Below are positions 19,099 through 30,894 of a stretch of DNA of 64,000 nt, piece after piece. How positions within the stretch are numbered: position 1 is the first letter of the stretch; the number at the start of each line of letters is the position of its first letter. Origin of the DNA: Prochlorococcus sp. AG-424-P16 (GTDB taxonomy: Bacteria; Cyanobacteriota; Cyanobacteriia; PCC-6307; Cyanobiaceae). A program made the position numbers and the translations under genes. Location of the stretch: assembly GCA_003213255.1 (NCBI GenBank), contig QCNI01000002.1, positions 2,508 to 66,507 on the forward strand, read 5' to 3'. The notes under the pieces were generated by a model. That model searched no databases and was not told the DNA's origin. It worked only from the letters and a program-made list of their open reading frames with translations.

Positions 19099-19848
19099 TT
19101 ATTTTTTTTTTGAATTGTTCAAAAACCAGTTTATTTGATGGACTATTCCTCTTAAAACATTTATTTCGTGCTTTGATGTATTTGCCCTCAAAATAAAATT
19201 CTTAAATTTACTGATTTTTGCCTTAGAAGTATGTTTTAAGAGATATCCAACTCGCAAAAGCATTTCATCTATCTCAACAAATGTATCATGAACTTCTTTA
19301 GATGATGCTAAGTTAAAAAGTTTTAATTCATTATTTAAATTATTTTCAGAAGACCTATTTAATTCATACAAAACTATTGAAACAGCGTGAGATAGATTTA
19401 ATGAAGGATTATTATGAGAAGTTGGAATATTAAAAGTTTTATTTGCAAGAAGCAATTCATTGTTAGTTAATCCTCTATCTTCTCTTCCAAATATAATTGC
19501 TAAATTATTTATCTTCTTAAAGGATAAGGTCCAATCAAATATATCTTTAGAAGATACAAAAAATGAATCTTTATTTATATTTACATCAATCCTTCCACAA
19601 GATGCTAGAACCAAATCACAATCAAAAATTGCTTTTTGAAGATCATCAAAAATCTTACAATGTTTAAGAAATTTTTGACCTTTAAGAGCCATTTTTTTTG
19701 CTTCTAAAGAAAATATGTCGCATTTAGGAGAAACAATTCTTAATTCATCAACTTCAAAATTACTGCATAATCTAGCAACGCTTCCTACATTTAAAGGGCC
19801 ATTTGGTTCAACTAAAATTACCTTTAAATTAGAAAAATTTTTTCCCAA
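19099..19848 (-). CDS. trmJ: SPOUT tRNA methyltransferase (TrmJ/LasT family)
   Basis: NVGSVAR, FGREDRGL, SLNLSHAV. Confidence 0.85.
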   Translation of the reverse strand: MGKNFSNLKVILVEPNGPLNVGSVARLCSNFEVDELRIVSPKCDIFSLEAKKMALKGQKFLKHCKIFDDLQKAIFDCDLVLASCGRIDVNINKDSFFVSSKDIFDWTLSFKKINNLAIIFGREDRGLTNNELLLANKTFNIPTSHNNPSLNLSHAVSIVLYELNRSSENNLNNELKLFNLASSKEVHDTFVEIDEMLLRVGYLLKHTSKAKISKFKNFILRANTSKHEINVLRGIVHQINWFLNNSKKK

Positions 19849-19850
19849 AA

Positions 19851-20237
19851 TTATTCAAGGGTATGAAGATATTTTAATAAATTGGACATATTTACAGGAT
19901 CAATTTCAAAACTTGGCATAGGAGGAGTCAGCCCTCCAGTAACTTGTTTTATTATTTCTTTATCATTCAAACGTTGAGTTATTGAGTGTAAGTCTGGCCC
20001 CACTAATCCTCTTGCTGTAATTCCATGACATCCAACACAATTTATCTTAAAAAGTGCATTTCCCTCCTCAGCAGAGCCATTATGCCCAATAGTTTCAATA
20101 ATATATTCGTTATTTTCGTTATGATTTATGAAAAAAATTGAAAAGCAAATCAATAAAACTCCTAGTACCACAAAAACAATTTTTAAGAAATCTTTCTTAA
20201 AATTTCTTTCTGCTGCAGTTGATGAAGAAGTTGACAC
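19851..20237 (-). CDS. cytM: Cytochrome cM
   Basis: TM anchor, CVGCH heme motif, PPMP; divergent from petG. Confidence 0.88.
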   Translation of the reverse strand: MSTSSSTAAERNFKKDFLKIVFVVLGVLLICFSIFFINHNENNEYIIETIGHNGSAEEGNALFKINCVGCHGITARGLVGPDLHSITQRLNDKEIIKQVTGGLTPPMPSFEIDPVNMSNLLKYLHTLE

Positions 20238-20292
20238 AAAAAATAGTCTCTATGTAACAATTGTGATTAAGAAATTCAAAAAAGGCAAAAAA

Positions 20293-20412
20293 ATGATCGA
20301 GCCTCTTCTATGTGGAATTGTTTTAGGTTTAATTCCAATAACTCTTCTTGGATTATTCGTAAGTGCATGGAATCAATACAGAAGAGGATCAGGAATGCTG
20401 GACATTGATTAA
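20293..20412 (+). CDS. petG: Cytochrome b6f subunit V
   Basis: [32 protein letters not shown]; true start lies inside track ORF 20128. Confidence 0.95.
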   Translation: MIEPLLCGIVLGLIPITLLGLFVSAWNQYRRGSGMLDID

Positions 20413-20988
20413 AAATGTTAATCTTGACTGCCCATAATTTCTTACATCTATAGTTTCCCACAAAGTACTTTTTTTAATAAAAAGATTTGGAGAATGTTCA
20501 CAAATAACTGTTGAATCTTTTTTTAAAAAATTACAATTAAATAATTGATTTAAAACTAATTCATGGAAATCCATATCGTATGGAGGATCTAGATAAACAA
20601 AATCAAATTTTAATTTGTTTAAATCCATATTTCTAGATGATAAGTTTCTCTCATAATTAGGTTTTGTCCATTTCAAAACGTCTTTACAAATAACTTCGAT
20701 ATCATTTTTCCTATTCTCTACATTCTCCAACGAGAGTAAATTTTTTATACAAATTTTTGAATTGATTTTGTTTTTTTCAATTGCAATTATTTTGCTTGCC
20801 CCGTGATTATAGGCTTCACAAGATATGGCTCCTGTTCCACTAAATAAATCTAACCAGTTACTATTTTCAACTCTTTTGTTCAATATACTGAATATTGCCT
20901 CTCGCACTCTCAAAGTTGTAGGTCTGGTAAAAGAATTATTTGGACTTTGAAGTTTTTTGCCACCTATTAATCTTAAGTTAGTCTTCAT
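20389..20988 (-). CDS. rsmD: 16S rRNA m2G966 methyltransferase
   Basis: [18 protein letters not shown]. Confidence 0.92.
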   Translation of the reverse strand: MKTNLRLIGGKKLQSPNNSFTRPTTLRVREAIFSILNKRVENSNWLDLFSGTGAISCEAYNHGASKIIAIEKNKINSKICIKNLLSLENVENRKNDIEVICKDVLKWTKPNYERNLSSRNMDLNKLKFDFVYLDPPYDMDFHELVLNQLFNCNFLKKDSTVICEHSPNLFIKKSTLWETIDVRNYGQSRLTFLINVQHS

Positions 20989-21001
20989 CCCTTAGAATCT
21001 T

Positions 21002-21619
21002 CTATTGGATATTACTCAGCCATCTTCTCAAAAGTTTTTCACCGGTTTTCCCAGATTTTTCCGGATGAAATTGACAGGCCAATAAATTATCATACTCAAT
21101 CATTGCAGTTAATTTTTCAGTGCCATAGTCAATCTGAGCTGCAATAATATTTGAGTCATCTGGGATTGCATGATAGGAATGTACAAAATAGACCCAATTA
21201 TTTAATTCTTCAATCCCAAATAAAGTATTTTTTTTTGTAGGTAAAAGTTGGCACCAACCCATGTGTGGGATTCTTTGGTTAACAATATTGGGTATTTTTT
21301 GTATTTTTCCTTTAAAAATTCCCAGCCCTTGAACTTTACCTTCATCACTAGATTCGAAAAGAAGTTGGAGACCTAAACATATCCCAAAGAAGGATTTCCC
21401 ACTTTTAATCCAATTTTTTAAATCAGTAATCAAATCTGTATTTATAAGATTGTTCATCGCTGGATCAAATGATCCAACTCCTGGAAGTATAATCGCCTTA
21501 CAAGACTTAGATTCATTAAAATTTTTTATTAATATTATTTCTTCTCCGAGACTTTCTAAAGATTTTGTTACGGAATGAATATTGCCCATCCCATAGTCAA
21601 TTAGTCCAATTTTATCCAA
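21002..21619 (-). CDS. hisH: Imidazole glycerol phosphate synthase glutaminase subunit
   Basis: IDYGMGN, GICLG, QFHPEKS. Confidence 0.96.
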   Translation of the reverse strand: MDKIGLIDYGMGNIHSVTKSLESLGEEIILIKNFNESKSCKAIILPGVGSFDPAMNNLINTDLITDLKNWIKSGKSFFGICLGLQLLFESSDEGKVQGLGIFKGKIQKIPNIVNQRIPHMGWCQLLPTKKNTLFGIEELNNWVYFVHSYHAIPDDSNIIAAQIDYGTEKLTAMIEYDNLLACQFHPEKSGKTGEKLLRRWLSNIQ

Positions 21620-21630
21620 AGCTTTTAAAT

Positions 21631-21954
21631 TTATAAATGCTTAGTTAAAGTGCTCGAAAGAGTTGCTTTTGGTACAGCACCAACAACAGTATCAACTTTT
21701 TGACCTCCTTTAAAGATCATTAATGTTGGAATACTTCTAATTCCATATTGACTGGCAACATTTGGATTCTCATCTGTGTTTAATTTAAAGACTTTAATTT
21801 TACCTTCAAAGTCTTTTGAGATTTCTTCTACAACTGGTGCAACCATCCTACATGGACCGCACCATGGTGCCCAAAAATCAACCAATACTGGTAGATCACT
21901 TTGCAGTACATCTTTGTCAAATGAAGAATCAGTTACGGCTGGAGCTGATGACAT
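21631..21954 (-). CDS. trxA: Thioredoxin
   Basis: WCGPC active site. Confidence 0.97.
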   Translation of the reverse strand: MSSAPAVTDSSFDKDVLQSDLPVLVDFWAPWCGPCRMVAPVVEEISKDFEGKIKVFKLNTDENPNVASQYGIRSIPTLMIFKGGQKVDTVVGAVPKATLSSTLTKHL

Positions 21955-22045
21955 AATTTAAGTATTCCTTTTTGAAAATTTAGCAGGCAATTCTTTTAAG
22001 TGATGATTTCATTACAGATTAAATAATATAAGTAACAAAATATCT

Positions 22046-22102
22046 AAAAAAGCCCGATTAAACGGGCGATTTAGTGTGTGAGGAGTATGGGGTTTCCCCC
22101 AT
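22046..22102 (-). ncRNA. yfr1: Yfr1 small RNA
   Basis: 5' hairpin, ACUCCUCACAC motif (22086-22076), GCCCG/CGGGC terminator with U tail; guaB-trxA spacer; TATTAT -10 upstream. Confidence 0.93.
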
Positions 22103-22184
22103 CATTTCATAATAACTCCTAATTAGAAAATTTTTCAAATTAATACTTAATTCACTAAGGATTTATAATTTTGCTCTAAGTGAA

Positions 22185-23348
22185 CTACTTACCCATCCCA
22201 AGCTGCTGAGCTTTTTGATAGACCTTACCTTCTGTAAGAAGCGATGGTGCGATAACTATTTCAACTTCTTGCATTTCTTTAATGTTTTTTGCCCCAAGAG
22301 TACTCATTGATGTCCTAATAGCTCCTAATAAGTTATGTGTTCCATCATCAAGTAAAGCAGGGCCTTTAATTATTCTTTCTAAGGATCCTGTAGAGCCAAC
22401 CTCAATTCTTGTGCCTCTTGGCAATACTGGACTTGGAGTAGCCATACCCCAGTGAAATCCTTTACCTGGAGCGTTTGAGGATTTAGCTATTGGGGATCCA
22501 ATCATTACAGCATCTGCTCCACATGCTAAACATTTACAGATATCTCCGCCAGTAACAATTCCTCCATCACCAATAATAGGAATATAACGACCACTTTCTT
22601 TAAAGTAATCATTTCTTGCCGCGCTACAATCAGCAATTGCAGTTGCTTGAGGAATTCCAATTCCCAATACTCCTCTTGATGTACATGCCGCTCCAGGTCC
22701 TATCCCAACCATCAATCCTGCAACTCCAGCATCCATAAGAAGTTTTGCGACTTCGTAAGTAACACAATTCCCTGCTACAACTGGGACATTCATAGATTGA
22801 CAGAGATCTTTGATATTTAAGGTTGCCTTACCTTCCATACCAAGATGTTCGGTGGAAACAACTGTTCCTTGAAGAAAAAACAAATCTATTTTGGAATTAT
22901 TAAGTGTTTCTTTAAACTTAATGGCAGCTTGAGGAGTCCCACTAAAAGCTGCTATACCTCCTCTTTCTTTTACCTCATTTATTCTTTGTACAATCAATTC
23001 CTCCCTGATCGGTTCACTGTATATTTTCTGCATAAATGGAACAAAATCATTCTTCCCTACTGATGCTATTTGGTTCAATATTTCATTTGGATTTTCATAA
23101 CGTGTTTGTATGCCCTCCATATTAATAACTCCAAGAGAACCTAATTTTGTGAGCTCTACTGCCGTATTGACATCGACAACACTATCCATGGCACTAGCGA
23201 CGATTGGGACATCTCTTTTGAAATCACCTATTGACCAGGAAGGATCAGTCAAATCGTAATCAAGTGTTCTATTACCAGGTACTAAAGCAATTTCATCGAT
23301 GCCATAAGCCCTTCTGACTTTTTTATTTAAACCAAGTTCAATATTCAC
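22185..23348 (-). CDS. guaB: IMP dehydrogenase family protein (GuaB3 type)
   Basis: SAMD, GIGPGAACTS, DGGI. Confidence 0.93.
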   Translation of the reverse strand: MNIELGLNKKVRRAYGIDEIALVPGNRTLDYDLTDPSWSIGDFKRDVPIVASAMDSVVDVNTAVELTKLGSLGVINMEGIQTRYENPNEILNQIASVGKNDFVPFMQKIYSEPIREELIVQRINEVKERGGIAAFSGTPQAAIKFKETLNNSKIDLFFLQGTVVSTEHLGMEGKATLNIKDLCQSMNVPVVAGNCVTYEVAKLLMDAGVAGLMVGIGPGAACTSRGVLGIGIPQATAIADCSAARNDYFKESGRYIPIIGDGGIVTGGDICKCLACGADAVMIGSPIAKSSNAPGKGFHWGMATPSPVLPRGTRIEVGSTGSLERIIKGPALLDDGTHNLLGAIRTSMSTLGAKNIKEMQEVEIVIAPSLLTEGKVYQKAQQLGMGK

Positions 23349-23528
23349 GGTAGTTTTCTTTTTATTCTGATTAAATTAACAACTAAAGGGGTAATAAGCC
23401 AAGATTTATTCAAAAACAACAGGTTTTATTTTGATTTGTGTGTAAATGTGAGTATTTGGGAATTAAATAAATCTTTTTTTTAATTCATTATGACAATCAG
23501 TGATTATTATTAAAGAAAGGATTTTTGT

Positions 23529-26126
23529 ATGTCTGATATTTTAGATTCCGATAGCTCAGGATTAAGCGAAGATAACGACCGAATTATTCAGACTGACCTA
23601 AGAAATGAGATGTCTCGTTCATATCTTGAGTATGCAATGAGCGTTATAGTTGGTCGTGCTCTTCCAGATGCAAGAGATGGATTAAAACCTGTTCACAGAA
23701 GAATTCTTTATGCTATGTATGAACTTGGTTTAACTAGCGGTAGACCATACAGAAAATGTGCAAGAGTTGTAGGAGAAGTACTTGGTAAATACCACCCTCA
23801 TGGCGATACTGCTGTTTATGATGCTTTGGTTAGGATGGCCCAGGATTTTTCTATGAGGATGCCACTCATAGATGGTCATGGAAACTTTGGTTCTGTTGAT
23901 AACGACCCTCCAGCAGCAATGAGATATACAGAATCTCGTTTACAGTCTCTTACGGATGAAAGTTTATTAGAGGATATTGAATCTGAAACTGTAGATTTCG
24001 CCGATAATTTTGACGGTTCTCAGCAAGAGCCAACAGTTTTACCTGCTAGGATCCCACAGCTACTTTTAAATGGTTCATCTGGAATAGCAGTAGGAATGGC
24101 AACTAATATTCCGCCTCATAACTTAGGGGAATTAATTAATGGTCTTAAATCAATAATCAAAAACCCTTCAATTGAAGATAGTGAACTTTTTGAAATAATT
24201 AAGGGTCCTGATTTTCCTACAGGTGGTCAAATCTTAGGCAGAGACGGTATTAGAGAAACTTTCAAAACAGGAAGGGGGTCAATAACCATGAGAGGGGTAG
24301 CAAATATTGAGCAAATTAAGTCCATTGGTAGAGCAGAGAAAGATGCAGTAATAATTACAGAGCTTCCATTTCAAACCAATAAAGCGGCATTGATAGAAAG
24401 AATTGCTGATCTAGTTAATGAAAAAAAATTAGAAGGTATTTCTGATATTAGAGATGAAAGTGATCGAGATGGGATGAGAATTGTTATTGAACTAAAAAGA
24501 GATGCCTATCCACAAGTAGTTTTAAATAATTTATTTAAGTTAACACCTCTACAAAATAACTTTAGTGCAAATATCCTAGCTTTAGTAAAAGGAGAGCCCA
24601 CAACACTTTCACTCAGAAAAATGTTAGACGTTTTTCTTGATTTTAGAGTTGAAACAATAAGGCGAAGAACAGCATTCTTATTAAAAAAGGCAGAAGAAAG
24701 AGATCATATTGTAAAGGGTCTTTTATTGGCCTTAGATGCTATGGATGAAATTATAAATCTTATAAGATCAGCGAAAGATTCAATATCAGCTCGAGAAAAA
24801 TTACAAAACGACCATAAATTATCTTCTATACAGGCAGATGCAATTCTACAAATGCAATTAAGAAGATTAACAGCCCTTGAAGCAGATAAAATCAAAGGTG
24901 AACATAATGAGTTAACCCAAAAAATCAACCTTTATCAGCAAATATTAAATAGTAAAGAAAGAATTTTTGAAATTATTCTTGAGGAAATTAATAAAATTGA
25001 TGAAAAATTCTCTTCTCCTAGGAAAACGGAAATATTAGATTTAGGCGGCGGATTAGATGATATTGATCTCATAGCTAATGACAGATCCGTAGTTCTATTA
25101 ACTGAAGCAGGTTATTTAAAAAGAATGCCTGTTAATGATTTTGAATCTACAAGTCGTGGTTCAAGGGGTAAAGCTGGCACAAAAACCAAAGAAGATGATG
25201 ACGTGAAATTATTTATAAGCTGTAACGATCATGATACTCTTTTGCTTTTCAGTGATAGAGGAGTAGCTTATGCTCTCCCAGCATATAGAGTTCCTATGAG
25301 TAGCAGAACAGCAAAAGGCACTCCATCAGTTCAACTTCTCCCAATTCCAAGAGAAGAAAAAATAACTTCACTAGTTGCTGTGGATTCCTTTGTTGACGAT
25401 CGTTATTTATTAATGCTAACCAAAGCTGGCTTTATAAAAAGAACTGCACTTTCCGCTTTCTCAAAAATTCGCTCAAATGGATTAATAGCAATTAATCTTG
25501 AGGATGGAGATGCCCTAACTTGGGTCAGATTATCAAAAGAAGGTGATAGTGTTTTGATTGGATCAAAAAAAGGAATGGCGATTCATTTCAGACTAGATAT
25601 CAATGAATTAAGACCACTTGGTAGAACAGCAAGAGGGGTTAAATCAATGAACTTGAGAGAAGGTGACAATTTAGTTTCTATGGATGTTTTAACATCTAAT
25701 TTGGTTGATCAATTGGCTCAAATTGAAGATCTCACAGAAGATCTTGATGATAATATTGAGGAAAATTCTTCAGATGGTCCATGGGTATTAATAGCCAGTG
25801 CATTTGGACTAGGGAAAAGAGTACCTGTCGCTCAATTTAGATTACAAAAAAGAGCAGGCATGGGTTTGAGAGCAATAAAATTTAGAATTAAAGATGATCA
25901 GCTAGTTTGTTTGAAGGTCCTAGGCGAGGGAGAAGAATTACTACTTGTGACCGAAAAAGGGGTAATAGTAAGAACAAATGCAGATAAGATCTCTCAGCAA
26001 TCCAGGGCAGCTACAGGAGTAAAATTACAAAGATTAGATGACGGTGATCATTTATCTGAAGTGGTATTGGTACCTCGTGAACAAATAGATGAAAAAGACC
26101 AACTTAGCCCAGTTGAACAAAATTAA
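23529..26126 (+). CDS. gyrA: DNA gyrase subunit A
   Basis: [16 protein letters not shown]-terminal pinwheel repeats. Confidence 0.95.
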   Translation: MSDILDSDSSGLSEDNDRIIQTDLRNEMSRSYLEYAMSVIVGRALPDARDGLKPVHRRILYAMYELGLTSGRPYRKCARVVGEVLGKYHPHGDTAVYDALVRMAQDFSMRMPLIDGHGNFGSVDNDPPAAMRYTESRLQSLTDESLLEDIESETVDFADNFDGSQQEPTVLPARIPQLLLNGSSGIAVGMATNIPPHNLGELINGLKSIIKNPSIEDSELFEIIKGPDFPTGGQILGRDGIRETFKTGRGSITMRGVANIEQIKSIGRAEKDAVIITELPFQTNKAALIERIADLVNEKKLEGISDIRDESDRDGMRIVIELKRDAYPQVVLNNLFKLTPLQNNFSANILALVKGEPTTLSLRKMLDVFLDFRVETIRRRTAFLLKKAEERDHIVKGLLLALDAMDEIINLIRSAKDSISAREKLQNDHKLSSIQADAILQMQLRRLTALEADKIKGEHNELTQKINLYQQILNSKERIFEIILEEINKIDEKFSSPRKTEILDLGGGLDDIDLIANDRSVVLLTEAGYLKRMPVNDFESTSRGSRGKAGTKTKEDDDVKLFISCNDHDTLLLFSDRGVAYALPAYRVPMSSRTAKGTPSVQLLPIPREEKITSLVAVDSFVDDRYLLMLTKAGFIKRTALSAFSKIRSNGLIAINLEDGDALTWVRLSKEGDSVLIGSKKGMAIHFRLDINELRPLGRTARGVKSMNLREGDNLVSMDVLTSNLVDQLAQIEDLTEDLDDNIEENSSDGPWVLIASAFGLGKRVPVAQFRLQKRAGMGLRAIKFRIKDDQLVCLKVLGEGEELLLVTEKGVIVRTNADKISQQSRAATGVKLQRLDDGDHLSEVVLVPREQIDEKDQLSPVEQN

Positions 26127-26150
26127 AAGCTCTATGGTTAGCTAAATAAT

Positions 26151-27362
26151 ATGGAAATTCTTGATATTTTAATTTTAGGTTCAGGTCCTGCAGCATTATG
26201 TTTAGCTTCAGAATTAGCCAAGCAAGATCTAAATATTAAGGGAATATCAACAAAATCTCCAAAAGAAAAATGGGAGAATACATATGGTATCTGGGCATCT
26301 GAATTAGAAGAATTAGGTTTAGAGTCCTTGTTATCTCACCGATGGTGTAAAACAGTTAGTTTTTTTGGAGATGGGGAAAATAAAAAAGGGGATAATCCGA
26401 CAAAACACAACTACGATTATGGTTTAATAAATCAAGAAGCCTTTCAAAATGAACTTTTAAAAAAATGTAAAGGGATTGAATGGTTGAATGAAACAGCAAA
26501 AGACATTAAAGAAAAAAATAAACTATCTGAAGTAATTTGTTTGTCAGGTCTCAAAATAAAGGCGAGATTAGTTATTGATGCAAGTGGTCATAAAAGTAAT
26601 TTTGTAAAAAGACCAGTTCAAAATGAAATCGCTCAACAAGCTGCTTACGGAATTGTGGGTAAATTCACATCGCCACCTGTGAATAAAGAACAATTTGTTC
26701 TAATGGATTTTCGTCCAAATCATTTAAACAATAAAGAAAAGTTATCATCTCCTTCTTTTCTTTATGCAATGGATCTTGGAAACGAGACTTATTTTGTTGA
26801 GGAAACTTCATTAGCTAGTTACCCTGCATTAACCCAAGAAAATCTTAAAAAAAGACTTTATAAAAGACTTAGTAGTAAAGGTATTGAGGTAAGTGAAATT
26901 ATTCATGAAGAGAATTGCCTTTTCCCTATGAATTTACCTCTCCCATTTAAAAAACAATTTGTACTTGGTTTCGGAGGGGCTGCAAGCATGGTTCATCCCG
27001 CATCAGGATATATGGTTGGATCTTTATTAAGAAGGGCACCACTCCTTGCACAAAAATTAGCAATATTTTTAAAAGAACCTCATCTTAGTTCACTAGAGTT
27101 AGCTTCAAAAGGTTGGGAAATCCTATGGCCTTACGAATTAACACAAAGGCATAAACTTTACCAATACGGTCTAAGAAGATTGATGAGTTTTGACGAAAGT
27201 AGATTAAGAAGCTTTTTCTCAAATTTCTTTAGATTATCAACCAATGAATGGGTAGGTTTTCTTACTAATACACTTCCACTTCCAAAACTAATTTACGTGA
27301 TGAGTAAGATGTTTATAAATTCACCTCTAAAAGTAAAACTAGGAATGCTCAAGTTAAATTAG
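26151..27362 (+). CDS. crtL: Lycopene cyclase (CrtL type, probably beta)
   Basis: GSGPA FAD motif, FLYAM, FVEETSL, VHPASGY. Confidence 0.9.
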   Translation: MEILDILILGSGPAALCLASELAKQDLNIKGISTKSPKEKWENTYGIWASELEELGLESLLSHRWCKTVSFFGDGENKKGDNPTKHNYDYGLINQEAFQNELLKKCKGIEWLNETAKDIKEKNKLSEVICLSGLKIKARLVIDASGHKSNFVKRPVQNEIAQQAAYGIVGKFTSPPVNKEQFVLMDFRPNHLNNKEKLSSPSFLYAMDLGNETYFVEETSLASYPALTQENLKKRLYKRLSSKGIEVSEIIHEENCLFPMNLPLPFKKQFVLGFGGAASMVHPASGYMVGSLLRRAPLLAQKLAIFLKEPHLSSLELASKGWEILWPYELTQRHKLYQYGLRRLMSFDESRLRSFFSNFFRLSTNEWVGFLTNTLPLPKLIYVMSKMFINSPLKVKLGMLKLN

Positions 27363-27367
27363 TATTT

Positions 27368-28951
27368 TTATTTTCGCCAATCATCAATATTAATACTTGG
27401 GAAGACTTTATCCTCTTCCTCAATATCTTCGAGAAATTTTAAATTAATATTGGAATGACTTTTAATCATTTCTACCAATTTCCAGAACCTGAATAAGTGT
27501 CTTTCTATTCTTTCTTTTGCGAGCTCAGTTGTTGTTCCAGCTCTTAGAATAAAACTCCAATCAGAAGATTGAGAAAGAAGTAGTTCTATGGCAGCTTGCT
27601 TGAAGAGTCTTGGAGATAAATCATTATTAAAATTTTCCAAGCACAAATCTACAAATGTTGAGCCTGCTTTTGTAATTTCTGGAACGATCCATGCATTTGC
27701 ATCATTAATCCAGTAATTATGGTAACCCCCTTGCCCCCAGCTTGATGGCGATGGATCACAAATCTGTAGATTTGGTTTTTGCATTAAGAATTCTTTTAAA
27801 TTTGTAAGCTTAATTGAATATTTATTAGAGTTCTTTAGTATATTTTCAATAAAAAAAGGTCCCTCATACCACCAGTGACCAAATAACTCTGCGTCAAATG
27901 GAGCTACCAATAAAGGCTTAAAGGAAGAGGATAAAGTCAATTTTTCTAATTGTTTGGATCTTGCCAGAAGATAGGCATCAGCATGTTCTGCTGCCTTATT
28001 TTTGGCTTCATTTTCAAGGTAAAACTCTTTTTCCCCTAAAGAAATATTTTCATCTGTAATCTTATGAAACTTTAAACCCAAAGGTCTTTTTGTTGAAATA
28101 CCCTTCTTTTGGAGCTTTGAGAGAGGTAATTCCCACCCCAAATCTTTATGAAATTCCCTATAAACTTTATCGCCTGGGAATCCATCCTTAGCAGACCAGA
28201 CGGGCAAGGTTGACTCACTATCTCTACCAAAAAATGCTACTCCTTTTTTTGAGCATATTGGGGCATACACACCATATCTAGGCCTTGGTGTGGAGTTTAG
28301 AATCCCGTGTCCATCTAAGATTGTATATCTAATTCCAGAATTAAATAGTATTTCATCTAAACCCTCATAATATGCGCATTCAGGTAACCAAATACCTAAA
28401 GGCTTTGTTTTAAAAATATTTTCATGGCTCCTAATGGCTGTATTAATTTGTCCTTTAATAGTTTCAGGATTCTCCCTTAGGATTGGTAAATATCCATGAG
28501 TAGCAGCACAAGTGAGAATATCCAAATTTCCAGAGTTATTTAATTCCCTAAACTTCTCAATTAAATTTCCAGAACAATTTTGCCAATATAGGTATTTATC
28601 ATTAAGGTTATTGAATAAAAAAGCAGATGCATTTTTTTCTTCTAGTTGCAGTTCATTTAGGAAATCGTTCCTTGTTTTAATCCAGCTTGGGAAAGTCTCT
28701 TGAATTTTTTTATTATTTAGAAGTGATAATAAAGTTGGAGACAAGCTTATAGTAAGTTTTGTATTTTCAGGGTTTTCATTTTTGGAAGATTCTATTGATT
28801 GAAGTAGTGGTATATAACATTCCAGAATCGCTTGAAATAACCAATCCTCTTCTAAAGAGTTTTTTTCATTTTTCCTGACATAAGGTAGATGAGCATGTAA
28901 AACTATCGCTAACTGACCTAAAACATTTTTTTGGGGGTATCGCCCATTCAT
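27368..28951 (-). CDS. Glycoside hydrolase family 57 (branching-enzyme-like, DUF1957)
   Basis: HAHLPY, WLPECAY, FDAELFGHWW, QSSDW. Confidence 0.92.
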   Translation of the reverse strand: MNGRYPQKNVLGQLAIVLHAHLPYVRKNEKNSLEEDWLFQAILECYIPLLQSIESSKNENPENTKLTISLSPTLLSLLNNKKIQETFPSWIKTRNDFLNELQLEEKNASAFLFNNLNDKYLYWQNCSGNLIEKFRELNNSGNLDILTCAATHGYLPILRENPETIKGQINTAIRSHENIFKTKPLGIWLPECAYYEGLDEILFNSGIRYTILDGHGILNSTPRPRYGVYAPICSKKGVAFFGRDSESTLPVWSAKDGFPGDKVYREFHKDLGWELPLSKLQKKGISTKRPLGLKFHKITDENISLGEKEFYLENEAKNKAAEHADAYLLARSKQLEKLTLSSSFKPLLVAPFDAELFGHWWYEGPFFIENILKNSNKYSIKLTNLKEFLMQKPNLQICDPSPSSWGQGGYHNYWINDANAWIVPEITKAGSTFVDLCLENFNNDLSPRLFKQAAIELLLSQSSDWSFILRAGTTTELAKERIERHLFRFWKLVEMIKSHSNINLKFLEDIEEEDKVFPSINIDDWRK

Positions 28952-29176
28952 ACTTTTTATGATTTAAGCCTGAAATTCTATAAAAAACCAAAATTAACCT
29001 TTTAAAAAAGGAAGTTTTGATCATAAAAGAATACTTTAAAAATTTAAATATTTTATTTTTTTTTCAGAATTTTAACCAATTTTATTTAAATTATAAATTT
29101 TCAACAAATTATTATTGAACTAAATCTAGTCAAATTTTTTTAATTAGCTTAATATAAGTTTAGTTTATTCCCTTTG

Positions 29177-30817
29177 ATGTCAAAAGATCCTGGAAGAATT
29201 TTGATATTTGACACAACTCTTCGAGATGGAGAGCAATCTCCTGGTGCCAGTTTAAATCTTGAAGAAAAACTTGCTATTGCCCATCAATTAGCAAGATTAG
29301 GAGTAGATGTTATTGAAGCTGGATTCCCTTTTGCAAGTCCAGGAGATTTTAAAGCTGTTAATAAAATTGCTAATTCAGTCGGGAAAGAAAATGGCCCTAT
29401 AATATGTGGTTTAGCTAGAGCTTCTAAAGGAGATATAAAAGCATGTTACGAAGCAGTAAGTCCAGCCCCAAAAAAAAGAATACATACTTTTATTGCAACA
29501 AGTGATATTCATCTGAAACATAAACTTAAAAAATCCAGAAAAGATGTTCTTCAAATAGTTCCAGAAATGGTTAATTATGCAAAATCATTAGTAGATGATA
29601 TTGAGTTTTCTTGTGAAGATGCCTCAAGGAGTGATCCTGACTTTTTATACGAGGTAATTCAACTAGCAATTTCTGCTGGAGCGACAACAATAAATATCCC
29701 TGATACTGTTGGATTTACAACTCCTAGTGAATTTGGCAAACTAATTGCCGATATAAATAAAAATGTTCCAAATATTGATGAAGCAGTAATCTCGGTTCAT
29801 GGTCATAATGATTTAGGCTTGGCAGTAGCCAATTTTCTAGAGGCAGTAAAAAATGGAGCCAGACAACTAGAATGTACTATTAATGGAATTGGTGAAAGAG
29901 CCGGTAATGCCTCTCTAGAGGAATTAGTAATGGCACTGCACGTTAGGAAGAGTTTTTTTAATAGTTTTTTCAAAAGAAATCCAGATTCACCAACTCCTCT
30001 TACAGCTATAAGAACAAAAGAAATAACAAAAACCTCTAGACTTGTTTCCAACCTAACTGGAATGACGGTACAACCGAATAAAGCGATTGTTGGAGCCAAT
30101 GCTTTTGCTCATGAGTCAGGCATTCATCAAGATGGGGTTTTAAAAAATAGACTAACTTATGAAATTATCGACGCAAAAACTGTTGGGTTGAGTGATAACA
30201 AAATATCTTTGGGGAAACTTAGTGGAAGAAGTGCAGTAAGAGCAAGATTAGAAGAGATGGGATATGACTTGAGCCGAGAAGATTTAAATGATGCTTTTGC
30301 TCGTTTCAAGGATTTAGCTGACCGGAAAAGAGAAATTACTGATCGAGATTTAGAAGCAATCGTTAGTGAACAAGTGCAGCTCCCAGAAGTCAAATTTCAA
30401 TTAAGTCTTGTACAAGTTAGTTGCGGTAACGCATCTAAACCTACTGCCACTATTTCGCTTATAAACACGGAAGATAATACCGAGGATACTGCTGTATCAA
30501 TAGGGACTGGGCCCGTTGATGCTGTATGCGAAGCTTTAAACAAATTAGCTAAAGTTCCTAATGAATTAATTGAATTTTCTGTTAAGTCGGTAACAGAAGG
30601 AATTGACGCTTTGGGCGAAGTAACAATAAGAATAAGAAGGGATAATAAAATTTATTCTGGCCATTCTGCTGATACAGATGTTGTAGTTGCTGCAGCTAAT
30701 GCATACGTTAATGCTTTAAATAGGCTTGTCTTTTCTGAGAAAAAAAATTCAATTCACCCACAATTTGATAATTTAGAAAACTCGAGTAGTACATTTCTAT
30801 TTAATAAAGCAAATTAA
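29177..30817 (+). CDS. leuA: 2-isopropylmalate synthase
   Basis: [17 protein letters not shown]-terminal regulatory domain; ATG at 29177 (TTG at 29174 is an alternative start). Confidence 0.96.
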   Translation: MSKDPGRILIFDTTLRDGEQSPGASLNLEEKLAIAHQLARLGVDVIEAGFPFASPGDFKAVNKIANSVGKENGPIICGLARASKGDIKACYEAVSPAPKKRIHTFIATSDIHLKHKLKKSRKDVLQIVPEMVNYAKSLVDDIEFSCEDASRSDPDFLYEVIQLAISAGATTINIPDTVGFTTPSEFGKLIADINKNVPNIDEAVISVHGHNDLGLAVANFLEAVKNGARQLECTINGIGERAGNASLEELVMALHVRKSFFNSFFKRNPDSPTPLTAIRTKEITKTSRLVSNLTGMTVQPNKAIVGANAFAHESGIHQDGVLKNRLTYEIIDAKTVGLSDNKISLGKLSGRSAVRARLEEMGYDLSREDLNDAFARFKDLADRKREITDRDLEAIVSEQVQLPEVKFQLSLVQVSCGNASKPTATISLINTEDNTEDTAVSIGTGPVDAVCEALNKLAKVPNELIEFSVKSVTEGIDALGEVTIRIRRDNKIYSGHSADTDVVVAAANAYVNALNRLVFSEKKNSIHPQFDNLENSSSTFLFNKAN

Positions 30818-30894
30818 ATTTTTAGGAATATTAAGTAGCATTAAATAATGTCTCTTAGTATTGTAAATTAATCTAATAGTTAAAGCTGTTAATA

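Noticed and set aside
20128-20292. N-terminal extension of the petG ORF
   Set aside because: Overlaps cytM on the opposite strand; PetG homology starts at ATG 20293
28952-29173. Possible leucine attenuator in the spacer before leuA
   Set aside because: No Leu-rich leader ORF or terminator hairpin recognised; looks like a plain divergent promoter region
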